DNA of 64,000 nucleotides from a virus (Duplodnaviria; Caudoviricetes): positions 2,575-66,574 of the IMG/VR virus record IMGVR_UViG_3300032330_001078. One strand, given 5' to 3'. The translations under genes and the position numbers were made by a program. This document shows positions 45,825 through 54,401 of this stretch, one piece after another (the stretch's first letter is position 1; each line of letters opens with the position of its first letter). The notes below the pieces were generated by a model that saw only the letters and a list, made by a program, of their open reading frames with translations, did not search any database and was not told where the DNA came from.

Positions 45825-46817
45825 TTACAGTTTAGACACAATACTTAGCGCCAAAGACTTACTTGGATCAACTCTTGTAAGGGTACGACCTACACGAGTA
45901 TCAAGGTTGTGTGCTGGCTGGAAATGGTCAACCATTTCAATAGCAGCCTGCAAAATGCCCCATTTAGTGCCTGCAATACCCTCGCATGTAGGACCTGTGT
46001 ACAGCTCAATGAACTGTGAACGCCTATTGCTCATGTTTCGACGCTGCAAGTCTGTCATGTTTGTTGAAAACGGAAGCCACTTGTCCATAAAATCCTCAAC
46101 TTCTGGTAGCCAAACTGGATATTTGGCAAAATTAGTTGCCATAACTTCCCAGTCTTTAAAAGCCCCAATGTTTGACGCAACTGCGATACGTGCCTGCTCA
46201 ATACGGTCAGCCCAGTTGTTTGTGTGGCGAATAGTAAACACAAAGCCGTGCTTGTCCATTTCTCGCTCAGCAATTGCTTGGGTGTTTGCGCAAACTACGC
46301 GAACTGCCGTTGGCCCTAGCTTCATTCCGCCCAATCCATCATGGCGTGAAACAAACACCATGTATGGGTATGTTTCTGATGGATCACCTGGCAAACTAAT
46401 TGGTTCGTCTAGGTACATGGTGGCAATGATTTGCTTACCGCCGTGAAGGCTAATGAGGGTTTCAAACTTGAGGTTTGATGTGCCTTGAATGTGACCATTC
46501 ATTACATAGTCAATAATGTTGCCAAACTCCCCGTTTCCAATGACTGCGTATGAGTCTTTTTGAATGGAAAGAATAGCCCCAGTGTCGTTGCGGGTAATGC
46601 GCTGCCAGCCGTCAATCTGCTGATAAGACCTGTTGTAGACCGGTTGACCTTCCGAATCTGTGTCTAGCGCATAGATTGGTGATGATTCAACATCCCAAGT
46701 GAGTCCTGCGAACTCTCGTGCTTGCTCAAATGTTCCTGGCCAGTCTGGCAGTACATTGCCTAACTGATGCCACGCCGGCTGGCGTACGAACATTCCTGAT
46801 TCAAAATGGTGTGCCAT
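45825..46817 (-). CDS. DUF932 family phage/plasmid protein
   Basis: Start ATG 46817: MAHHFES...PAWHQLG...LTWDV, FET..SL.GGK, YMVFVSRHDG, VRVVCANT, RHT. Confidence 0.9.
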   Translation of the reverse strand: MAHHFESGMFVRQPAWHQLGNVLPDWPGTFEQAREFAGLTWDVESSPIYALDTDSEGQPVYNRSYQQIDGWQRITRNDTGAILSIQKDSYAVIGNGEFGNIIDYVMNGHIQGTSNLKFETLISLHGGKQIIATMYLDEPISLPGDPSETYPYMVFVSRHDGLGGMKLGPTAVRVVCANTQAIAEREMDKHGFVFTIRHTNNWADRIEQARIAVASNIGAFKDWEVMATNFAKYPVWLPEVEDFMDKWLPFSTNMTDLQRRNMSNRRSQFIELYTGPTCEGIAGTKWGILQAAIEMVDHFQPAHNLDTRVGRTLTRVDPSKSLALSIVSKL

Positions 46818-46828
46818 TTTTATTCTCC

Positions 46829-47068
46829 TTAGAGATTGATTGTGTGTGTGTAGTTGAAGCCACAATTTTTAAGCAAATCGTTGGCATGTCTTTCGGCATC
46901 TGACCAAGCAGTTTCAGTGTCAAATATTCTTGACAAAATGATGTGCTTGCCCCAGCCAGTTTTGTTCTTTTGGATTACCCAGTATTTACCAGATACGCCT
47001 TGTGTTTCGTCGTAATCAACTTGAATGATTGAATCATCATTCTCCCTGATTGCTATTTGCTTTCTCAT
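46829..47068 (-). CDS. Hypothetical protein
   Basis: Likely start ATG 47068 (MRKQ). Confidence 0.5.
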   Translation of the reverse strand: MRKQIAIRENDDSIIQVDYDETQGVSGKYWVIQKNKTGWGKHIILSRIFDTETAWSDAERHANDLLKNCGFNYTHTINL

Positions 47069-47615
47069 CTTTAGCCTTTCCGTACCTTTGAGCAAAGGAT
47101 TCATAGTCTCTTAGCCGTTTTTGATGTTCTTTTTCTATTTCACTTTTAATGTGAATAGTTTTCCAGTGTCTAGCAGCTTCTAATCTTTTTTCGTCGCGAG
47201 TAGCAACTGATTTAATACCAGCATTAAGAACTAAATCTTCAATATCTAGTTCTTTGTCAAAGCATCCCATACGGCGAAAAAACTCATCAGTAAAAGATTG
47301 CACGTCACTAATTACATGCTTACCATCAAAATAAATGTCTCTAGCATGTCGATTCCAATAATGGTCTGAATTATCTTGCGTATTAACTACAATACGCACC
47401 ATTAATGGCGGGTCTTTTGCTAGCGGATCAGAATTTGACTCTCTAAAAACTTTTAATGTCCAAAGTTTTCTTTGTGCTCTGTGCGCATATGTTACTTGAT
47501 GATAACCAAAATGATACTCAACGCTAGGTATTGTTCGCGAGTCTGTTTTTGGGTCTTTTATTTCTCCAAAATAATTGGATTCATCAATTGCTTCTAGTAT
47601 TTCTTCCGGTGTCAT
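47037..47615 (-). CDS. Hypothetical protein
   Basis: 192-aa ORF in operon. Confidence 0.6.
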   Translation of the reverse strand: MTPEEILEAIDESNYFGEIKDPKTDSRTIPSVEYHFGYHQVTYAHRAQRKLWTLKVFRESNSDPLAKDPPLMVRIVVNTQDNSDHYWNRHARDIYFDGKHVISDVQSFTDEFFRRMGCFDKELDIEDLVLNAGIKSVATRDEKRLEAARHWKTIHIKSEIEKEHQKRLRDYESFAQRYGKAKDEKANSNQGE

Positions 47616-47949
47616 CTACATCCTTAGGAGTTTGATAACCTGCATATTCACCATCTGGCGTGAGAATAACTAACCAGTGGTGCGTAAGGTTTAGTGGTGT
47701 TGTTTTGGGGTCGGCCCAAGAGCGCACCATAAATCCGTCATCGTATGATTTTTGTGGATTTAAGTGAACGCTATTGGTGCCTAGGTTGTGACATTCATGG
47801 TGTAGAGCTACTACGTTGTCAAGGTCGTCTTTTCCGCCTTGTGAACGTAGTTTGCGGTGATGCGCCGCCCAGTTTTCAGACAACACACCACCGCAAAACT
47901 CACACATACCTTTACAGCGTTCATAAAGCGCTTTGCGGTTGATTGTCAC
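47584..47949 (-). CDS. HNH endonuclease
   Basis: CEFCG...AHHRKLRSQGG.DDLDNVVALHHECH. Confidence 0.9.
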   Translation of the reverse strand: MTINRKALYERCKGMCEFCGGVLSENWAAHHRKLRSQGGKDDLDNVVALHHECHNLGTNSVHLNPQKSYDDGFMVRSWADPKTTPLNLTHHWLVILTPDGEYAGYQTPKDVDDTGRNTRSN

Positions 47950-48290
47950 GTAACAAAGCCGCCTAGAGCCATTTCTGATCTAGTCATGGCTGATAGTGAC
48001 CTGGCTACGTCAATACGGGTTCTTACACCGTCTAGACGGGCTTTAGCGGCTCTTAGGACCTGCTTGGCTACTTCTGAGTCCCAGCGTTCTTGCTCGGACG
48101 CTAATAGCGCTACAGTCTCTTTGACTGCCACAGCCCCAGATGCTTCCATGAATGCCCTAGCGTACGCCAGTTTGTAGGTATGTTCTGTTTCTACAGCGTG
48201 TGCATCGGCCTCTACGAGGTCTTCTGTGGCTTGATCTAAATCTGCTGACAGCAAGCTAAGGTCTCTGGCTATGGAAATTAGGTCTGTCAT
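47946..48290 (-). CDS. Helical/coiled-coil hypothetical protein
   Basis: Ala-rich helical sequence; coupled start and stop. Confidence 0.6.
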   Translation of the reverse strand: MTDLISIARDLSLLSADLDQATEDLVEADAHAVETEHTYKLAYARAFMEASGAVAVKETVALLASEQERWDSEVAKQVLRAAKARLDGVRTRIDVARSLSAMTRSEMALGGFVT

Positions 48291-48571
48291 TTCCTTTTGC
48301 TCAATTCTTTTAATAGTTTGGCAATGATGTCAATCAGATCTTCAACAATTTCATCGTAAACACTCAAAGTTGGCTTGGCATCCTCTTTGTGTTCGCGCTT
48401 ACCTTCAAACCATTCATCGTAATGATCAATAGTTTTAGGCTTGTTATTCTTGTAGTTATTTTCAAATTGCTTGTCTGGATAACGGTTTTTATTAAAAAAC
48501 GGCACTTTGGGCTTGTCTTTATCGTTATCATCAGGTACATTTGGTGGTGGAGTCGTGTTGTTCTCGTCCAT
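48287..48571 (-). CDS. Hypothetical protein
   Basis: AAGGAG RBS. Confidence 0.55.
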   Translation of the reverse strand: MDENNTTPPPNVPDDNDKDKPKVPFFNKNRYPDKQFENNYKNNKPKTIDHYDEWFEGKREHKEDAKPTLSVYDEIVEDLIDIIAKLLKELSKRK

Positions 48572-48631
48572 TGCGGTTCTTTCTCCTTGTGTGTGTTGAG
48601 TGGAAGGCCCCCTAGTTTTCTAGGGGGTCTT

Positions 48632-48763
48632 TTACATTACTGCAGTTATCTTAATGTCTGAGCAGTGATTTTCCAATTCTTCTTCAACTCGTTCTGAAGC
48701 TGTTTCTGGATTTGGAGCATCTAGTGTTACTCGAACTATTGCTTCGACTTCGTATGTCGGCAT
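48632..48763 (-). CDS. Small hypothetical protein (MPTYEVEAIVRV...)
   Basis: ATG 48763 with AAGGAG RBS. Confidence 0.55.
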   Translation of the reverse strand: MPTYEVEAIVRVTLDAPNPETASERVEEELENHCSDIKITAVM

Positions 48764-48783
48764 GGTGTTTCTCCTTTCATTTC

Positions 48784-48811
48784 TTGACACGGCTTCCTCT
48801 CTGTGTATGCT
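48784..48811 (+). promoter_or_regulatory. Putative SigA promoter for the inverted + strand island
   Basis: TTGACA-16 nt-TATGCT upstream of the AAGGA RBS and ATG 48841. Confidence 0.5.
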
Positions 48812-48840
48812 AGTAGTACACACCGACAGAAAGGACTGAC

Positions 48841-49068
48841 ATGGCGCTCACACTTGACGCACCAACTGTAAAGAAAGAACGAATCTGTTCTTTACAAAAA
48901 CTCCGCAACAAACTTGAAGCAGAGGATCAATCCACACTTGATAGTTGGATTGAAAACAAAGTAACTCCTTACAAAGTATTTATGGCTTTGAAGAGGGAAG
49001 GTCATGCAATCGGCAGGCAAGTAGTCTATGAACACATGAACGGATGCTGTATCTGCGATGGCTCTTAA
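48841..49068 (+). CDS. Small protein with terminal Cys/His motif
   Basis: C near the N-terminus and H..GCC.C at the end; coupled to the phosphoesterase gene. Confidence 0.65.
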   Translation: MALTLDAPTVKKERICSLQKLRNKLEAEDQSTLDSWIENKVTPYKVFMALKREGHAIGRQVVYEHMNGCCICDGS

Positions 49069-50245
49069 AGATTTTGTTGACATGGGCCCTGGTAGTCCAG
49101 ATCCTAGAGGAAAGCACCCAAACATTCCTAAAGGCTGGGAGCCTCGCCTTGAATGCGATAACGCTACTGGCGGCTTTCTTGTCACCAAACCTCGCGAGGC
49201 GTCACAAAGCGACCCCAGCACTTTGGAAATCTTTGACCAGTTTGGGTTAAACCCAGATAACTGGAAGATTACTAACTTACGCCGCTCTACTTGGCAAAAC
49301 CATGCCGGTGAGTGGCTTGAGTCATATAGGGCTACTTTTGTTCCTCAAACAATGTATGGTGCTGTTCTTAAAGCAGATGCAGACGAACTTATTAAAATGG
49401 TTAAGTCACATAAGCCGGGAAAGAAGCCAGCGCCCACTGGTAACGCTAGCGGTATCTTTGCTGTTGGCGATACCCAAATCGGTAAAGTAGACGGCGGAGG
49501 CACTGAGCAGATACTGCAAAACACCCTCAGTCGTTTTGACATGTCCGTAGACAGGCTCAAGACTTGGCGCAAACTCGGCTACGAGATTGGTGAAGTTATC
49601 GCACCTTGGCTCGGCGACTGTATCGAGGGCAACCAGTCTCAACATGGAGACGCTGCTGCCGCTGGGCGTATCGACCTGACCATTACTGAACAGGTCCGTG
49701 TATTGCGCCGTCTGATGATGTATCAAATCAAGACTCTCGCTCCCCACGTTGAGCGTCTCATTGTCCCTATCGTTCCGGGCAATCACGATGAGGCTGAGAG
49801 GCGCGGAAGCATTGTCCGAAGCTACACTGATTCTTGGGCAATCGAAGCAGGATCTGCCGTTGCAGACGCATGCGCGGAGAACCCGGAGGCTTACGGACAT
49901 GTTTCTTTCCTTTTCCCTCATAAAGATGAGTTAACTATTACTTTAAAAACTAACGACACCATTATTGGTATGGCTCATGGCCACCAGTTTGGCAAAGACC
50001 CTGTTAAATGGTGGCAAGAACAGTCACACGGCAGGCAACCAGTAGGTGAAGCTCATATTCTACTAGGTGCTCATCTTCATCATCATAAAATGCAAGATTG
50101 TGGCAAAGATCGTGTGTTTATCCAAACCCCTGCGCTTGATGGTGGGTCCACTTGGTATCGCCACCGCCGAGGTGAAGTAAGTAAAGCTGGTCTGCTAACC
50201 TTTGTAGCATCCAACGGTACATGGCAGGAAATGAGCATTCTCTAA
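49058..50245 (+). CDS. Calcineurin-like metallophosphoesterase
   Basis: GDTQIGK, LGDCIEG, VPGNHDE, MAHGH, GAHLHH motifs. Confidence 0.85.
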   Translation: MALKDFVDMGPGSPDPRGKHPNIPKGWEPRLECDNATGGFLVTKPREASQSDPSTLEIFDQFGLNPDNWKITNLRRSTWQNHAGEWLESYRATFVPQTMYGAVLKADADELIKMVKSHKPGKKPAPTGNASGIFAVGDTQIGKVDGGGTEQILQNTLSRFDMSVDRLKTWRKLGYEIGEVIAPWLGDCIEGNQSQHGDAAAAGRIDLTITEQVRVLRRLMMYQIKTLAPHVERLIVPIVPGNHDEAERRGSIVRSYTDSWAIEAGSAVADACAENPEAYGHVSFLFPHKDELTITLKTNDTIIGMAHGHQFGKDPVKWWQEQSHGRQPVGEAHILLGAHLHHHKMQDCGKDRVFIQTPALDGGSTWYRHRRGEVSKAGLLTFVASNGTWQEMSIL

Positions 50246-50442
50246 TGAAACGGCAAATCGTCATCAAACTGTTTGGTGAAGAGATTGTTAATGTTCTCAT
50301 AGACGAAACTGAAGACGAAGCAGAGGAAACAGAAGAAGTTGAGTCTAATGGGTCTAATAGCATTGAAACGGCCATTTCAAGTTTAGGAACTATTGGCTTT
50401 GGCACGCCTTGGTCTGTTGAATACTGGGATAACGAAGATTAG
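50245..50442 (+). CDS. Small acidic hypothetical protein
   Basis: TAATG coupling at 50243-50247. Confidence 0.5.
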   Translation: MKRQIVIKLFGEEIVNVLIDETEDEAEETEEVESNGSNSIETAISSLGTIGFGTPWSVEYWDNED

Positions 50443-50937
50443 CTATTCGTCAGGGTTTTGCGAAACCATTCCTGTTGTGTCGGTTGATAAAATTTGTATA
50501 GCGTGCCAGTTAACTAACAAGCCAGATGCGACAGTAGTTTGGGTTGCTGACGCATTGTAAATGTAGATGTTAAAAGCACTGCTGTTTACTGTGTTAACTC
50601 TAGGCACTAAACTTGCTGACCCAGTTAAAATATTGCCAAAAGATACGGTAATAATTGGACCTGTTGAAAACTTTGAGTTAATTCCAAATGTGCTGGCAAA
50701 GTTTACGTTAATTGCTCCGCTATTGCCACCACCAGCAATTGTCATTGCTCCGCAAGTTATCTGACCAGCGGCAATAGTGTAGGGTAACGCGCCGGTTGCC
50801 ACCCACACACCATTTTTTAAAACTAACGTATCTCCGTCAGTTCCAGATGCACCAATGTCATTTAGTTGATAAATACTATGTGTGTGTCCTTCTGGGCCTG
50901 AGGCTGGAAGGATGCGCCCTCGGTTGCTAAAACTCAT
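50443..50937 (-). CDS. Tail-fibre-like protein with H-type-lectin/gp53-like C-terminal domain
   Basis: HTHSIYQLNDI..GDTLV...W fibre motif; VNF...F...PIITVS...VNTVNSSAFNI...VNWHAI. Confidence 0.6.
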   Translation of the reverse strand: MSFSNRGRILPASGPEGHTHSIYQLNDIGASGTDGDTLVLKNGVWVATGALPYTIAAGQITCGAMTIAGGGNSGAINVNFASTFGINSKFSTGPIITVSFGNILTGSASLVPRVNTVNSSAFNIYIYNASATQTTVASGLLVNWHAIQILSTDTTGMVSQNPDE

Positions 50938-51434
50938 TACAGTTCCTCGTGATCAATCATTGGTAATTCAGATACTCGCTTAAGCGCTGCAACATATTCT
51001 TCAGATGTTCCTGCTACAACAATAGTGTTATTAGTAACAGTGCTTGAAGGAATAGTTTCCAATCCAAGGACTTTGGCTCTTGCTTGAATAATTTTTAGTG
51101 CTGTTTCAATTGCTTGACGGTCACCACCAATAGCATCATTCCAAATTGCTTGCTGGAGAGTATCCAAGCGATCTACTTCCATGGCTAACATAGTGCGCTT
51201 AGTTCCTTCATCTACAAGTTTGGCAGCTTCTTTAATGCGGTTGTGCACAAGCATTCCTGCTTGTTGTTCACTAATTTTAAGATCTTCTGCAATTTGCCAC
51301 CAAGAAGCGCCCGCTTTGCGCATTTGAAATGCTTTCATGGCTAAAGCATTTTGCTCTTCCTGCAGTACAGCAGCGCTATTGGCTTTTTTAACACGCGCAA
51401 CGCTTTTGCTTGGTGTTTTCTTTGCTGCGGTCAT
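50937..51434 (-). CDS. terS: Putative terminase small subunit (HTH)
   Basis: AFQMRKAGASWWQIAEDL, EVDRLDTLQ..IW..A..GD..AI...LKIIQARAKVLGLE, typical actinophage TerS/HTH pattern. Confidence 0.65.
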   Translation of the reverse strand: MTAAKKTPSKSVARVKKANSAAVLQEEQNALAMKAFQMRKAGASWWQIAEDLKISEQQAGMLVHNRIKEAAKLVDEGTKRTMLAMEVDRLDTLQQAIWNDAIGGDRQAIETALKIIQARAKVLGLETIPSSTVTNNTIVVAGTSEEYVAALKRVSELPMIDHEEL

Positions 51435-51739
51435 TTCTTTCTCTTTCTAGGCGACACAAACTTTTTATCATCATAGTCATTCATAGCGCCTTTAAAGTTT
51501 CCTTTGTTGCGGGCTATGGCTGCTCTTCGTTCAAAACTTGTAAATCCACCCCATACACCAAACTCTTCTTTGCTTTTTAGTGCAGTAATTAAGCAATCTC
51601 TTCGTACATCACATTGATTACAAATTGTTTTTGCTGTTTTTATTTCTTGTGAAGTCATTGGTAATTCATTTTTACCGTAGAACAGTTCGGATGGCATTCC
51701 GTTGCAGTATGCGTCGTCACGCCAATCTCTGCGAGCCAT
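51431..51739 (-). CDS. whiB: WhiB family transcription factor
   Basis: Start ATG 51739: WRDDAYC..ELFY..AKTICNQCDVRRDCL..A..EEFGVWGG.T..ERR. Confidence 0.92.
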   Translation of the reverse strand: MARRDWRDDAYCNGMPSELFYGKNELPMTSQEIKTAKTICNQCDVRRDCLITALKSKEEFGVWGGFTSFERRAAIARNKGNFKGAMNDYDDKKFVSPRKRKK

Positions 51740-52184
51740 ATATTGCCAGGCAGGTGGCGTCGATTGCGTCTTGAGGTTTTTTGAGATGCTGGCAGGCGTC
51801 ATAGTAATTAGGATGCTTGGAGGCGAGCCATCTTGCGACGGCATCTTTATCCGAGTGTCCATTACCAATTACCGCCTTTTTCCATGATGAAGGTCCTATA
51901 AATATTACTTCTGAGTCTACTCTTTGAGCGGCTACTGCTAAAGCACCAGCCACCATTCCCATGGATATGCCTGTACGAATGTTGCGGCTAGCGCCCTGAA
52001 TTGCCTGCTCAATAACAGTCAACTCAGGGCACGTAGCCCACATTTGGTCTGTCAACCAATCAGACAGGACTACAAGGTTTTTGACATCATCTTTACTGGT
52101 CAAAATGAGTTCTTCAAAAACCATGTGACTAGGGTGTGAGTACGCAATGCGCCTTACGCCATAGTCAACTCCTGCTGAATCCAT
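51717..52184 (-). CDS. ruvC: RuvC-like Holliday junction resolvase
   Basis: GVDYG.RRIA, VIEQ, IGPSSWKKAVIGNG..DK, QDAIDA..LA. Confidence 0.85.
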   Translation of the reverse strand: MDSAGVDYGVRRIAYSHPSHMVFEELILTSKDDVKNLVVLSDWLTDQMWATCPELTVIEQAIQGASRNIRTGISMGMVAGALAVAAQRVDSEVIFIGPSSWKKAVIGNGHSDKDAVARWLASKHPNYYDACQHLKKPQDAIDATCLAIYGSQRLA

Positions 52185-52193
52185 ACCTTATTT

Positions 52194-52271
52194 CTACCAG
52201 TTACCGCGATCAATGTACAATACGACGCCCAGCAGTAAAGCTAGAACAATTCCCAAGAATACGTTAAACAC
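52194..52271 (-). CDS. 25-aa transmembrane peptide (MFNVFLGIVLALLLGVVLYIDRGNW)
   Basis: Not in track; GTG start with GGAG RBS; fills the gap between genes. Confidence 0.5.
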   Translation of the reverse strand: MFNVFLGIVLALLLGVVLYIDRGNW

Positions 52272-52470
52272 GTTTTTCTCCGTCTACTGGTGGTCCCCAC
52301 GAAGTCCATGCTTGTGGTCGCCAGGCGACTCGGCAAATCTTATTGTCAAATACAGTGATTAATAGTTCGCCACCCTCAGGCGACGGAATACTATCTTGAT
52401 CATCTAAATTGACGACAAAGGTTGACATTACTTCTTGGTTAATCATCTTGATCATCCTCTCGTCCAGCAT
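52264..52470 (-). CDS. Hypothetical protein
   Basis: GGAGG RBS before ATG 52470; ATG 52446 is an alternative start. Confidence 0.5.
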   Translation of the reverse strand: MLDERMIKMINQEVMSTFVVNLDDQDSIPSPEGGELLITVFDNKICRVAWRPQAWTSWGPPVDGEKRV

Positions 52471-52585
52471 CTTCGTTATCCTCCCGTGCTTCTGCTGAGC
52501 ATTCCCAGCAGTTGATGATACTAGCAACACCGCCATGCCTACGGCAATTTGCGTACTGTTCGTCAGTTAATTCAATGTTTGTCAT
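52439..52585 (-). CDS. 48-aa Cys/His-containing acidic peptide
   Basis: Not in track; MTNIELTDEQYANCRRHGGVASIINCWECSAEARED...; starts just after the upstream stop. Confidence 0.45.
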   Translation of the reverse strand: MTNIELTDEQYANCRRHGGVASIINCWECSAEAREDNEDAGREDDQDD

Positions 52586-52590
52586 TGATG

Positions 52591-52935
52591 TCAAGCTTTC
52601 AACAAATCGCAAAGTTTTTGAATTTGCAATTCAGTAAGGCCTAAAGTTTCGCCTTTTTCATCTGCTTCACCGGTAAACACAACATTTCCTAGAATTGAAT
52701 CAAACATTTTGTATTCTTTTTGAAACAAAAAAGTAGCAAAAACGTTTTGCGGTAAATTAATTATTTTGCCGTATTCATTTAGCCACATGTCTACACCGAG
52801 CGACTTTAATTGCACTCGCTCAATGTTTCCGTCAACTGCATCGTGCAATACGATGTGTGCATCATCTGCAGTAAATGTCTTAATTTCTGCATTCATGTCA
52901 GTAGTAATAACTAGCGCTTCTCTAACGTTGGTCAC
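52591..52935 (-). CDS. DUF3846 family protein
   Basis: LHDAVDGNIERV..MWLNEYGK..LPQN..AT..ILGNVVFTG..G.T.GLT. Confidence 0.75.
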   Translation of the reverse strand: MTNVREALVITTDMNAEIKTFTADDAHIVLHDAVDGNIERVQLKSLGVDMWLNEYGKIINLPQNVFATFLFQKEYKMFDSILGNVVFTGEADEKGETLGLTELQIQKLCDLLKA

Positions 52936-53237
52936 GATTTTCTCTCTTTCTGAGATGTTTGTTGGTTGTTATTTATTTCTTCGTCTAACAATTTAATTGT
53001 TGGACAAGGGTATAGCCAAGATCCGTCTACTTCATTCCCACAATGGGAGCAAAGCTGCAGGTCCTCTTGGTATGGGTGTGGGACTGGCTTGTGCAGTTCC
53101 CTTATTGGTGCGGTTACCAAATCAATCATTCTTTGATACACCATGTAGTGCGGCATGTTTGAGGCGCATGATATTGCTACCATGCACCCCTTGCCGTGAA
53201 CATGCTTTCCGGCTGTCTTAATCATTGGGAAGACCAA
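52932..53237 (-). CDS. Hypothetical protein with LH.P...CxxC...YPC.T module
   Basis: ELHKPVP...CSHC...YPCPTIKLL. Confidence 0.65.
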   Translation of the reverse strand: MVFPMIKTAGKHVHGKGCMVAISCASNMPHYMVYQRMIDLVTAPIRELHKPVPHPYQEDLQLCSHCGNEVDGSWLYPCPTIKLLDEEINNNQQTSQKERKS

Positions 53238-53638
53238 TCATTAAGAGTTTTAATAGTTGTACAGGGCCACGTCTCGTCATCGACCAAACAATAATCTGCA
53301 TCATCTAAAGCAGGTTGAGCTCTATGCAAATGTCTAACTTGCCTAATTTGGTCAGACATTTCTCGGTTAAGAGAAGCGTATGGCTGAATGGTATCAAACA
53401 AATCAAGCGCTTCGCCCATGGTGTATTTCATTTCGTTCATTCTTGATCTCAAGTGAGCCAAGTAAACAATTGAATCGTCTATCTCTTCAATGGTTTCTCG
53501 AATAATTTCAGAAGGTTTTTTAAGTTCAATTTTTTGAACATTTCCTTCGTCATACTGATCAGCACCAACACCTAAAATTCTGGTGCGTAAACTGGCAATG
53601 ATTGCTTCAATCTGGTCAGCTAAATCATTCGCTTTCAT
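53222..53638 (-). CDS. All-alpha NTP-pyrophosphatase-like (MazG-superfamily-like) domain plus Cys/His module
   Basis: G..QYD.G..Q..E...E.IEEIDD.IVY; C-terminal LH...C...WPCTTIKTL. Confidence 0.45.
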   Translation of the reverse strand: MKANDLADQIEAIIASLRTRILGVGADQYDEGNVQKIELKKPSEIIRETIEEIDDSIVYLAHLRSRMNEMKYTMGEALDLFDTIQPYASLNREMSDQIRQVRHLHRAQPALDDADYCLVDDETWPCTTIKTLNDWSSQ

Positions 53639-54401
53639 CTTTCCTCCATTTAACGGTTGGGCAAACTTCAGCCCAATTACAGTAAGTAAAGGCAGAGCCT
53701 TTTTGTTGAATGCAAGAAGGAATCATTAATGGCAATGTTTGTTCTTTGATATGTCCATGCAAGTTAGCCATGAGGTTATCAAGTTCAGCATCAATTTCTT
53801 CCATACGTGCAATACGGAATTCTTTCCATGTTGCAGTGTCCCTATTTTCATACACAATAGAAAAATGTGACAAATCCAAGGCTCGCATGTATGCGTGTGT
53901 TTGCATAAGATGAGCATGAACTGGAATGTTATCTTTCAAAATTTCAGCAAACTTACGGCTGTTGGTTGTTTTAAGTTCCCAGCCTGATCCATCACTAATT
54001 ATTCCGTCCATAGCACCACGCAATTCCCATGGTTCGTAAGACACTTGAATTTCAATGTCTTTTAGCCAACCTTGCGAAAGACCGGCAAGTTGCCAACGGT
54101 AATGGCCCCAAGTGCCAGCATCCATAACATCATTACCGCCATCGCTGGTTTCACGCTGACCAATGCCCATGTAGGAAAACAAATGCTTACGTTCACACTT
54201 GTCTCCAATTAGGGATGGGCGCATACGACCCGCACCGCTTGCGCGATTACTATCTAACGAGTCTTTTGACAGCACTTCGAACAAACGTTCTAATGCTTCT
54301 GGAGTGACGACCGAACCGCCTTCTCTCCATTTGCTCATGCCAAACGTAACTGGCATGGCATCATTCTTCATTATGCTTTTCAGCAAATTAGTGATGCTCA
54401 T
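53625..54401 (-). CDS. Cas4-like PD-(D/E)xK exonuclease
   Basis: RPS.IG.CER, GT..H, GAMDG, WELKT, Q...Y, C-terminal C..C..C (four-Cys Fe-S pattern). Confidence 0.8.
   Translation of the reverse strand: MSITNLLKSIMKNDAMPVTFGMSKWREGGSVVTPEALERLFEVLSKDSLDSNRASGAGRMRPSLIGDKCERKHLFSYMGIGQRETSDGGNDVMDAGTWGHYRWQLAGLSQGWLKDIEIQVSYEPWELRGAMDGIISDGSGWELKTTNSRKFAEILKDNIPVHAHLMQTHAYMRALDLSHFSIVYENRDTATWKEFRIARMEEIDAELDNLMANLHGHIKEQTLPLMIPSCIQQKGSAFTYCNWAEVCPTVKWRKDESE

Noticed and set aside
53625-54401. Cas4-like gene as evidence of a CRISPR system
   Set aside because: No repeat-spacer array or other cas genes; stand-alone Cas4-like nucleases are common in phage replication modules
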